Sequence record: SRR20825006_2606
DNA length: 44,988 bases
Strand: one strand, 5' to 3'
Shown here in pieces: positions 1-7,977 of this stretch. The stretch's first letter is position 1. Each line of letters begins with the position of its first letter. The notes under the pieces are model-generated. The model worked only from the letters and a program-made list of their open reading frames with translations. It was not told where the DNA came from and searched no databases. Position numbers and translations under genes: made by a program.

Positions 1-60
1 GGCAAAACTTGTTTTGTCTCAGGGTGAGGACCGTGGGGATATGAGCTTGTAAGCTGATGT

Positions 61-215
61 GAAATAGCAGAACCCCCCAAAACCCACTGGTTGCCATTTC
101 AAAAGAGGAAAGAAGTCAGAGACTTCTTATTTGAGTTTTCTTTTAAGTCACCGCCTCGCTAAAGACTTAAAATAGCTTTTGAGGGTGTTTTTGATAGTTG
201 GGAGCTAGCTATTTC
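61..215. repeat. Structured palindromic intergenic element (REP/MITE-like or ncRNA)
   Basis: Terminal inverted repeat GAAATAGC (61-68) / GCTATTTC (208-215); inner stem TCAAAAG (99-105) / CTTTTGA (176-182); two apical hairpins AAGAAGTC-AGA-GACTTCTT (110-128) and TTTTAAGTC-N14-GACTTAAAA (141-172). Confidence 0.45.
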
Positions 216-218
216 GGA

Positions 219-253
219 AATCCATAATCCATAATTCTGAATTACAAATACTA
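219..253. repeat. Degenerate heptamer tandem repeat (AATnnnn x5)
   Basis: AATCCAT AATCCAT AATTCTG AATTACA AATACTA, 7-nt period, abutting the stop codon of the glycosylase gene. Confidence 0.45.
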
Positions 254-1198
254 CTTCCTCGCCTTCTTTTCTTTTTCAGCTAGAATCCAATCTACATAAA
301 GGAATTCAAGCGCTGCGCCTTCATTTCCTTTCCAAGCTTTTATGAGCTCTTGAAAACGTTTTTCAGAAGTGGTATTCGGGTCTTCGCCGTAGCTCCATAT
401 AATCCATCGGCGGAGCCCTTTTTCTTCACCTTTCTGCAAATTACTCGGAAATACTGCATCGGTCTTTCCACGCATCATCAATAAATCTTGAGCTGCTGTT
501 GGCCCGATTCCTTTTATCGAAATGAATTGCTCGTAAGCTGTTTGAGGATCGGTATTGGATATGAAATCCATATCAATGTTGCCGCCTACAATATCCGTTG
601 CTAGGTTCACCAAATACTCACCTTTGCGAACGGTTGGTCCTAATTTGCGGATGTTGGCTGGGTCGGCGTGCATAAGTTGATGGGGGCGAGGCCAAGCAGG
701 AATATTTTTCCCTTTATGAACCAAAGTGCTTCCATAAGCTTCCCTAACTTTGAACATCATCTTTTTGGCGGTAGGTTTGTGGTTCATCTGCATTTCCACA
801 ATTCTATTCTGAATGTCTTCAAAAAGATTCGCACGTGTCATGCGCTTCAATCCGTATAACTCGGTTAGTTTATTGCCAACTAAAGGATCAGATGCCGCAT
901 TATCATAAAGCGGGCGTAAATCCATTTCGGTTCCAAGAATTTTGGTAAGGCTTTTATTGGCTATAGAGATTTCTTCTTTACTAAGCGACTCATACGACTC
1001 AATATGAAATTCGGGTGCGTCAGGATCACCATTAAAGAAAACGGTTATAAGAACATCACGGTCGCCAACGGGAATGGGACGTGTAAAGCCTTCTTCAAAA
1101 ATAAGTTCTGGGTTATGCTCGTGATCAAAATAGGAGACTACATCTAGGCAAAGAAACCAGTCGTGCGGTGGAATGGATTTGAGAGACCAATTAGACAT
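251..1198 (-). CDS. AlkA-like DNA-3-methyladenine glycosylase family protein (HhH-GPD superfamily)
   Basis: 315 aa; HhH motif IKGIGPTAA; AlkA-like segments LFEDIQNRIVEMQM, AWPRPHQL, DAVFP, AWKGNEGAA. Confidence 0.75.
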   Translation of the reverse strand: MSNWSLKSIPPHDWFLCLDVVSYFDHEHNPELIFEEGFTRPIPVGDRDVLITVFFNGDPDAPEFHIESYESLSKEEISIANKSLTKILGTEMDLRPLYDNAASDPLVGNKLTELYGLKRMTRANLFEDIQNRIVEMQMNHKPTAKKMMFKVREAYGSTLVHKGKNIPAWPRPHQLMHADPANIRKLGPTVRKGEYLVNLATDIVGGNIDMDFISNTDPQTAYEQFISIKGIGPTAAQDLLMMRGKTDAVFPSNLQKGEEKGLRRWIIWSYGEDPNTTSEKRFQELIKAWKGNEGAALEFLYVDWILAEKEKKARK

Positions 1199-1201
1199 TC
1201 T

Positions 1202-1265
1202 AAAAAAGGTTTGGGAATTATACTAGATAGCTTGATAAGTAATTAGCTACTAATATAATTCCCAA
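1202..1265 (-). terminator. Long hairpin / probable intrinsic terminator after the RND permease
   Basis: TTGGGAATTATA (1211-1222) / TATAATTCCCAA (1254-1265) with inner TAGCT/AGCTA pairing, followed on the minus strand by ACC and T6. Confidence 0.55.
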
Positions 1266-1307
1266 TGAATCTAATTATAGGATTCTTTTCCTTCGGCTAC
1301 AATAAAA

Positions 1308-4300
1308 TCATGATTTGGCTAATTCTACTTTTTCAGCTTTACTCTTAAATGGATTTAAATTCCAAGCACTGGCTTTAACAAGTAGATTATCTACAGAAAT
1401 ATAAACTACAGGAATAAAGATGAGTGTAATAAGTGTTGATGCAGTAAGACCACCAATTACTACACGAGCTAGAGACGCTTGAATTTCAGCACCGGGTCCA
1501 ATCCCAAATGAAAGCGGTAACAAACCAAGAACGGTAGTTAACGTTGTCATTAGAATTGGGCGTAATCTAAGTTTCCCAGACTGGATTACAGCGTCTACAA
1601 CATTCATTCCTTGTTCACGGCGTAACATGTTAATGTAATCTACCAGAACAATGGCGTTATTCACCACAATACCGATAAGCATTATGATCCCCATCAAACT
1701 TTGGATGTTAATAGTGGTGCCTGTAAGTAGTAGCGTTGGTACCACACCAATTATTGCTAAAGGTACAGAACACATTACAACCAAAGGATCGACAAAACGT
1801 TCGAACTGGCCGGCCATTACCATGTAGATTAATATCAAAGCCATTACAATAGAAAGGCCGAAATCTTTGGCAGCTTCTTGCTGTTCTTCGTATTCACCAC
1901 TAAATACAATGCTGTATCCAGCCGGTAATTGATAATCCGAAAGTGAAGCTTGCGCGAGTTCTACTGCATCACCAAGGGCTAATTTAGAATCGAGGTTTGC
2001 ACTAATTCCAGTAACACGTTGGCCGTTAATTCTATTAATTCCTTCAGGTCCACGACCCGCATTTTTTTCAATTACGGAGGAAACAGGGATTACAGCGCCA
2101 CTCGGAGTACGAATGGAGATGTTATCTAAATCGAGTGAACTTAAACGATCTTCTGGTCTAAGACGGACAGTAATAGGATACTCGTCGCCATCTTGTCTAA
2201 AAGCGCCAGCTCGGCTACCGCCAATGTTAGTTTGAACGGCTCTTGCCACTTCGTTAATGGAAAGCCCGAGATTCGATATTTTTTCTCTATCAAAAACGAT
2301 GTTTTCCTCAGGAGTTCCCTCACTTCGGTCAACTCTAACACCAGTGATGCCAGGAACGCTTTCAAGCTTTAGCTTAACATCTTGTGCAATTTGATAAGAA
2401 CGATCTAAATCGAAGCCTCTAACTTCAAGTTGTAAATCTTCAGCTCCACCGGATCCAAAAATTCTTCTTAGTATCCATAATCCCGATTGAGCTGTAACGC
2501 GGACATCAGCACCAGGAATAACTCCTTCAACTCTTTTTTGCACTTCAAGTGCTAAATCTGAAGTATTTCCTTTTCTTTTGGATGCATCTACCATTGTAAT
2601 TTCAACTTCCGCACGGCCGTCTCTAATATCAGTGGTAAGGTGGGCAATATCATCAAAAGGAATAGTGCTTCTGATAATATCTTCGAGTTCTTTCAGATAT
2701 TCGTTAATAACGGTGATGTTAGTACCATCAGCCATTTTAAGATCAATCTGAATTTCATCAGCATCGGTTTGAGGCGCAAGTTCTACAGGAATGATTGGAA
2801 CCAATAAGAAGCTTCCGAAAACAAGTAGAATCGTTACAGAGAAAACCATTTTTCTATGTGTAAGCACTGTTGTTAACCAGCCTGAATAACGAGTTTCTAA
2901 GCGATTAAAGAATAACTGGAACTTGCCTTTCTTTGTAGATCCATCATTTTTCTTAACACTTAAAAAGCGACTAGAAAGCATAGGTACCAATGTTAATGCT
3001 ACCAATAAAGAACAGATAAGTGCGAAAACAACCACTAATGCTAACTGTTGAAATAATAAGCCTGAAACAGTTTGCATAAATACTACTGGTAAAAAGATAA
3101 CAGTAGTTGTTAGTGTAGATGCGATGATAGCACCCGTTACTTGTTTAGTACCAACAAGTGCACTAGTCTTTAAATCCTCGCCCTCTTCTTCACGTATCCT
3201 AATAATATTCTCTAATACCACAATGGCATTATCAACAATAAGCCCGACCCCAAGGGCCAATCCTCCAAAACTCATTTGGTTGAGTGTTAAATCATTGAAA
3301 TAAAGCAACGCAAAGGTGGCAATGATAGAGATTGGGATAGAAACAGCTATGATAAATGTTGATGAACCGTTTCTAAAGAATATGTAAAGCACAAATACTG
3401 CTAACAGTGCTCCCCACATAGCGGAACTTTGTACATTATCAATGGAACTCTGTATAAACTTACTTTGATCAGTTGTGATAAAGAGTTTTAAGTCACTTCG
3501 TTCGGCATTTATCCTATCTACCTCGGCACGGATATCATCGGTTACGGAAACAGTATTAGCACCGGTTTGCTTTCTAATACCAAAACGTAACATTGGTTGC
3601 CCATCAATAGTAACTAATCGGTTTAAATCCTGATAGCCAAAGCTTACTTCTGCAACATCTTGAACTCGAATGGGCTTGTTGTCAACAGTAGTAATTACCG
3701 TATTTGCAATTTGATCGATATTCTCAAATTCACCTTTCGTTCGCACATAGAGTTGTTGCGTTCCAGAGTTTACGTTACCACCTGGAAGATTTGCATTTTC
3801 ACTAGAAATAGCCTGTTGAACTTGGGCGGCAGATAATCCACTCGCAATTAGGCGATCTCTTTTGAGGTCAATCTTAACTTCACGATTAATTCCACCCCAA
3901 ATATCGATAGCACCAACGCCATTAATCTGCTCGAAACGCTTAGTGATTTCGCGGTCTAGTACTAAAGTTAAGTCGGCTAAGTTTTTATCTGAACTTGCAC
4001 CAATTATAACAATAGGGAAGTTGTTTGGGTCAAATTTAAAGACTCGAGGAGATTCAACTTCAGGAGGAAGAGATCCACGGAGGCGGTCTAAAGCAGCGCG
4101 AACATCGTTGGCGGCTACATCAATATCTACGGATTGATCAAACTCTAATGTTACTTGGCTTCTTCCTTCCGTCGATTGCGACCGCACTCGCTCCACACCA
4201 GGAACGCCTGCAAGTGCATTTTCAACTTTTTCTGTAAGAATAGTCTCAATTTCTTGAGGTCCTACATTGGGATATTCTGTTCTTACCGTAAGTTGAGGAT

Positions 4301-4424
4301 ACTCGATTGGAGGAAGGAGATCAACTGGTAAAAATCTAAAACCTATTACACCAAGTGTAATGACGATCAAAAAGAACATCGTGGTGGCAATAGGGCGTTT
4401 AATCGAAGTTTCTGTAATTGGCAT
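1308..4424 (-). CDS. Efflux RND transporter permease subunit (AcrB/AcrD/AcrF family)
   Basis: 1038 aa; N-terminal SIKRPIAT, GLIVDNAIVVLENI, LVALTLVPML, GIVVNNAIVLVD, RLRPILMTTLTT motifs. Confidence 0.95.
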   Translation of the reverse strand: MPITETSIKRPIATTMFFLIVITLGVIGFRFLPVDLLPPIEYPQLTVRTEYPNVGPQEIETILTEKVENALAGVPGVERVRSQSTEGRSQVTLEFDQSVDIDVAANDVRAALDRLRGSLPPEVESPRVFKFDPNNFPIVIIGASSDKNLADLTLVLDREITKRFEQINGVGAIDIWGGINREVKIDLKRDRLIASGLSAAQVQQAISSENANLPGGNVNSGTQQLYVRTKGEFENIDQIANTVITTVDNKPIRVQDVAEVSFGYQDLNRLVTIDGQPMLRFGIRKQTGANTVSVTDDIRAEVDRINAERSDLKLFITTDQSKFIQSSIDNVQSSAMWGALLAVFVLYIFFRNGSSTFIIAVSIPISIIATFALLYFNDLTLNQMSFGGLALGVGLIVDNAIVVLENIIRIREEEGEDLKTSALVGTKQVTGAIIASTLTTTVIFLPVVFMQTVSGLLFQQLALVVVFALICSLLVALTLVPMLSSRFLSVKKNDGSTKKGKFQLFFNRLETRYSGWLTTVLTHRKMVFSVTILLVFGSFLLVPIIPVELAPQTDADEIQIDLKMADGTNITVINEYLKELEDIIRSTIPFDDIAHLTTDIRDGRAEVEITMVDASKRKGNTSDLALEVQKRVEGVIPGADVRVTAQSGLWILRRIFGSGGAEDLQLEVRGFDLDRSYQIAQDVKLKLESVPGITGVRVDRSEGTPEENIVFDREKISNLGLSINEVARAVQTNIGGSRAGAFRQDGDEYPITVRLRPEDRLSSLDLDNISIRTPSGAVIPVSSVIEKNAGRGPEGINRINGQRVTGISANLDSKLALGDAVELAQASLSDYQLPAGYSIVFSGEYEEQQEAAKDFGLSIVMALILIYMVMAGQFERFVDPLVVMCSVPLAIIGVVPTLLLTGTTINIQSLMGIIMLIGIVVNNAIVLVDYINMLRREQGMNVVDAVIQSGKLRLRPILMTTLTTVLGLLPLSFGIGPGAEIQASLARVVIGGLTASTLITLIFIPVVYISVDNLLVKASAWNLNPFKSKAEKVELAKS

Positions 4425-4433
4425 GGCTGAGAA

Positions 4434-5729
4434 TTATAGAGTTAATCCGTTGTTATTGTCAGTCTTTTTTTTTCCTTCAATAATCTCTTTGAGGAGATCT
4501 TCTTTTTGCATGGTTTGAAGATTCAAAACATGGTCCCATGTGATAGTCTTAACTCGGGCTTCATTCTTTCCTTCAGCAAGTAGATTCTGGCCTAAAGTGA
4601 TAATCCACTTTCCACTCTCTAAGCCTAGAACACCTACGGCCATTTTACCTCTAGCAATAATGTCAATTTCTTGGAAAATAACACCAGTTGGTTCGGTAAG
4701 AGATGAACGATTTTCAGAATTATCACTTACAGGTTCAATTTCTGAGCCAATAGAGTTGGCGATGTAAATACCTTCGCGACCTGTTTGTGGGTCGATAAAA
4801 ATGGCACTAGTCGGAATTAGTGTAGCTTGCTGACTTTCGCCGAAATGAATATCAACAGGTACATACATTCCTGGTTTTAGTAAATCTCCAGCATTAGTAA
4901 TATCAATTTCTGCTTCCGTACTTCGCGTTATTTCATTTAGAAAAGGGCTTATACGTGAAAGTTCAGCAGAGATTGTTCTAGGTATTCCATTAGCATCATT
5001 AATGGTAATAGTAGCCGTTTGTCCAACTTTAATACGGCTAAGTAGATTTTCTGTTAGAACAATTTCAACTCTCAGCTTTGATAAATCACCAATAGTAAAA
5101 ATCTTGGTGTTTGTAGTAGCCTGCATTCCAACGCGAGCATTTCTTTGCCCGATGGTTCCAGTTACTGGAGAGTTTATAACTGTTTTGGAAAGTTGATTTT
5201 TACGTTCATCAACAAGAGCTCTTGATTGATCAATTTGTGCTTTGGCAAGTTCCACATCAGCTTCAGCGGAAGTTTTCTGTGCGTTGATTTGCTCTATTTG
5301 CAATTCGCTTGTTAGGTTCTTCTCAGCTAGTGCAGTAATTCTCTTAAACTGAGCTTCTAATTCTTTTAAACGAGCATCAGCTTGTTTTAATCGAGCTTCG
5401 TTGATTCTTAACCCAGCTTGAGCTTGTTGCAATTGCTTCTTAAAAGGTTCGTCTTGAAGCTTAACAAGAGGTTGACCTTTAGTAACAATGTCACCGTTTT
5501 CAACATACACTTCAGCAATTTGTGCATTCGCTTCAGGATAAAGCTCAATCTGGTTTTCAGAAATTACGTTTCCACTAAATCTTTCAACTAGAGGTAACGA
5601 ACCGTATTGAGATTGAACAGCTTCAACTGCAGGTATAACCAAATTTTGGAGCGGTTTTTGGGTGGTCTCATCTGAAGAACATGAGGTGAGTAGCAAAAAG
5701 CATAGCCCTAAGAAATAATTCCGTGCCAT
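4434..5729 (-). CDS. Efflux RND transporter periplasmic adaptor (membrane fusion protein), lipoprotein
   Basis: 431 aa; lipobox-like LLTSC; lipoyl-like VENGDIVTKGQPLV; coiled-coil hairpin; ISPF/LKPGM motifs; 9 nt upstream of the permease. Confidence 0.9.
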   Translation of the reverse strand: MARNYFLGLCFLLLTSCSSDETTQKPLQNLVIPAVEAVQSQYGSLPLVERFSGNVISENQIELYPEANAQIAEVYVENGDIVTKGQPLVKLQDEPFKKQLQQAQAGLRINEARLKQADARLKELEAQFKRITALAEKNLTSELQIEQINAQKTSAEADVELAKAQIDQSRALVDERKNQLSKTVINSPVTGTIGQRNARVGMQATTNTKIFTIGDLSKLRVEIVLTENLLSRIKVGQTATITINDANGIPRTISAELSRISPFLNEITRSTEAEIDITNAGDLLKPGMYVPVDIHFGESQQATLIPTSAIFIDPQTGREGIYIANSIGSEIEPVSDNSENRSSLTEPTGVIFQEIDIIARGKMAVGVLGLESGKWIITLGQNLLAEGKNEARVKTITWDHVLNLQTMQKEDLLKEIIEGKKKTDNNNGLTL

Positions 5730-5999
5730 ATAGTAGATTGTGTGAGTGAATGTATTATTAACTGAAAATTATGAACAAGAAAATACCGTTAACGCGTTCT
5801 ATTCTCATGTTAAAACTAATTAAAAAGGTAAAAATTGGTTACAGCAAAAATCGTTATGAAGTGCGTATCTGTAAGTTATTTAGTGCTATATGTAAATTAA
5901 GGCAGGAGTGGTATTATTACACTAGTAAAACTTAAAAACCTTTAAAGGTTTTAATAGAAGGGTGTTTTTAAAAGAAAAATTCTAAGATATCTGTTATCT

Positions 6000-6932
6000 C
6001 TACTCTACAATAAGTTCTTCTTTCCGAGTTCGCAATTCTAGAGGAATGGAGTCACGAATGGTATTGGTAAAAGCAGTAACAATATTCTTTTTCAGAAATT
6101 CACGACTATAAACCAAACGAATCTTTCTTGTAGGAACTGGATCCATAAACTCTTTGATTACACCATTTGCACAGCGAGTATCATGATCTTGCATTGCAAG
6201 GTAAGGCATTAGCGTAATTCCGAAATTCTGCTCTACAAGGCGTTTTAAAGTTTCTAAATTACCGCTTTCAAAAGTTACAGGAGCTTTTTGTCGCTTGTCG
6301 TTATTCTGTTTGCATAATTTTATAGTTTGATCTCTAAAGCAATGTCCCTCATTAAGTAACCAGAGGTCTTGGGAATACAAATCATCAATGCAAAGCTTGT
6401 CTTTACTAGCGAATTCATGCTCACCATATAAATAAGCTAAAAAGGGCTCTAGAAAGAGTTCTTCTTCGTAAATATGCTGAGTTGTTGAAGTTGCTATTAT
6501 ACCAACATCAAAATGATCTTCGTGCAATCCATCTAATACATCAGCAGTAAGTGCTTCCTCAAAAGTAAGCTTAACTTTAGGGTATTTAGTAATGAATGTT
6601 CTGAGAAATAATGGCACTAGATAGGGTGCGATAGTTGGAATAATGCCAACTCTAAATGAACCGCTGAGTTCGCCATCTTGCACAGAAACCATGTCTTCAA
6701 TATGCTTAGATCCGCTCAACATCACTTTGGCTTGTTCAATAATTTTAATGCCCATTTCAGTTGGGATTACGGGCGTTTTCGAACGATCAAAAATTAGAAC
6801 ACCAAGCTCATCCTCAAGCTTTTGAATCTGCATACTAAGTGTTGGCTGCGTGATGTAAATTTTCTGTGCAGCAGTAGCAAAGTGTCGATACTTATCAACA
6901 GCAACGATATAAGAAAGCTGGGTTAACGTCAT
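6000..6932 (-). CDS. oxyR: Hydrogen peroxide-inducible LysR-family regulator OxyR
   Basis: LysR HTH (HFATAAQKIYITQPTLSMQIQKLEDELG); OxyR redox motif LNEGHCFRDQTIKLC with both Cys. Confidence 0.9.
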   Translation of the reverse strand: MTLTQLSYIVAVDKYRHFATAAQKIYITQPTLSMQIQKLEDELGVLIFDRSKTPVIPTEMGIKIIEQAKVMLSGSKHIEDMVSVQDGELSGSFRVGIIPTIAPYLVPLFLRTFITKYPKVKLTFEEALTADVLDGLHEDHFDVGIIATSTTQHIYEEELFLEPFLAYLYGEHEFASKDKLCIDDLYSQDLWLLNEGHCFRDQTIKLCKQNNDKRQKAPVTFESGNLETLKRLVEQNFGITLMPYLAMQDHDTRCANGVIKEFMDPVPTRKIRLVYSREFLKKNIVTAFTNTIRDSIPLELRTRKEELIVE

Positions 6933-7012
6933 GAGATTCTAATTCTATAATGTTTGTTGAACTCTTGAATCTAATGAAGTCCAAGTTAAGAAGCCTACAG
7001 AAAATGATAGGC

Positions 7013-7044
7013 AAAAAAAGAGCCGGTGTATAAAGCACCAGCTC
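7013..7044 (-). terminator. Intrinsic terminator of the 7066-7770 gene
   Basis: Minus strand GAGCTGGTG...CACCGGCTC followed by T7. Confidence 0.75.
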
Positions 7045-7065
7045 ATTTAGTAGATTGAAAAAAGC

Positions 7066-7770
7066 TTAGTCGATAAGTGTATCGTAGTATTCGAGTAACA
7101 AGGCAACATTAATAACATTGTTTACTTTGTTACGAGTTTTCTTTGTGAAAGCCTCAAGCTCTGATTTATGGTCGCCGAGGTCATTAATAATATTTTTCTT
7201 TTTGATTTTAGTCTTAACAAATTTGCCGTCACCTCGTTTTAAAATAGTTGTCTCAAGGTTTGAAAAGCGATCGGTAGTTATTCCAGTGAGAGGATCCTTG
7301 GAGTTACCTCTTCGTCTAGTTGTTTGATATTTGATGTATAGTTTAGTTTTACCATCATGAATTACTCTAATAGGCATATCAGCAGTAATATCAAAGTCAG
7401 GGCTAACTACACCAAGAGCAAAGGTTTCATTCTTTTTAGTAAAAGTGAATCCTTTCATCTTAGACTTATTAAGAACTTTTATTTCATCTCTTTCTTTATA
7501 AAATACTTCGCCTGTGTAAGTATTAAAGCTTAGAAGGGTAGTTTTACTTTGAGTACCGTTAATGAGAGTTACTATTCCTGGTTCCCAATCATCATTGTAA
7601 TATGGAGTGCCTACAATTTCTTTAACATCATTCGTGGTGTAAATTTGTGTCCCTGTTGGATTAGTTACTTCAACTTGATCTAAACGCGCTGTTTGGGCTT
7701 TTAAAGATGTTACAGTAAATAAAGCAGGTAGAATTAACAGAATGGTTGATGAACGGAATAAAGTTTTCAT
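7066..7770 (-). CDS. Hypothetical secreted protein
   Basis: 234 aa; signal peptide ending LKAQ; GTPYYNDDWEPG motif reminiscent of Bacteroidota hypothetical exported proteins; has its own terminator. Confidence 0.7.
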   Translation of the reverse strand: MKTLFRSSTILLILPALFTVTSLKAQTARLDQVEVTNPTGTQIYTTNDVKEIVGTPYYNDDWEPGIVTLINGTQSKTTLLSFNTYTGEVFYKERDEIKVLNKSKMKGFTFTKKNETFALGVVSPDFDITADMPIRVIHDGKTKLYIKYQTTRRRGNSKDPLTGITTDRFSNLETTILKRGDGKFVKTKIKKKNIINDLGDHKSELEAFTKKTRNKVNNVINVALLLEYYDTLID

Positions 7771-7977
7771 GGGTAAAAAAGGTTATTAAACTTAAAAAAT
7801 GAAAATAATACTATGAGGATAAAGGTACAATAAATAAGTAGCTTTAAATGGTATTTATTGTTAAATGCTCATGAATTAAAGGATTCAAGATTACAAATAA
7901 ATTGAAATTCAACTTAGTTTTAAGAAAGTTGAACTGTATATTAAAACGTTATTTTCTCCTTTTTCTTATGGGCACTT

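Noticed and set aside
1-52. Possible 3' end of a plus-strand CDS (AKLVLSQGEDRGDMSL*)
   Set aside because: Only 16 codons visible; cannot be supported.
5791-5814. TTTAAC...CGTT ECF-like motif upstream of the RND adaptor
   Set aside because: Spacer is 14 nt, not the 16 nt seen in the other candidates.
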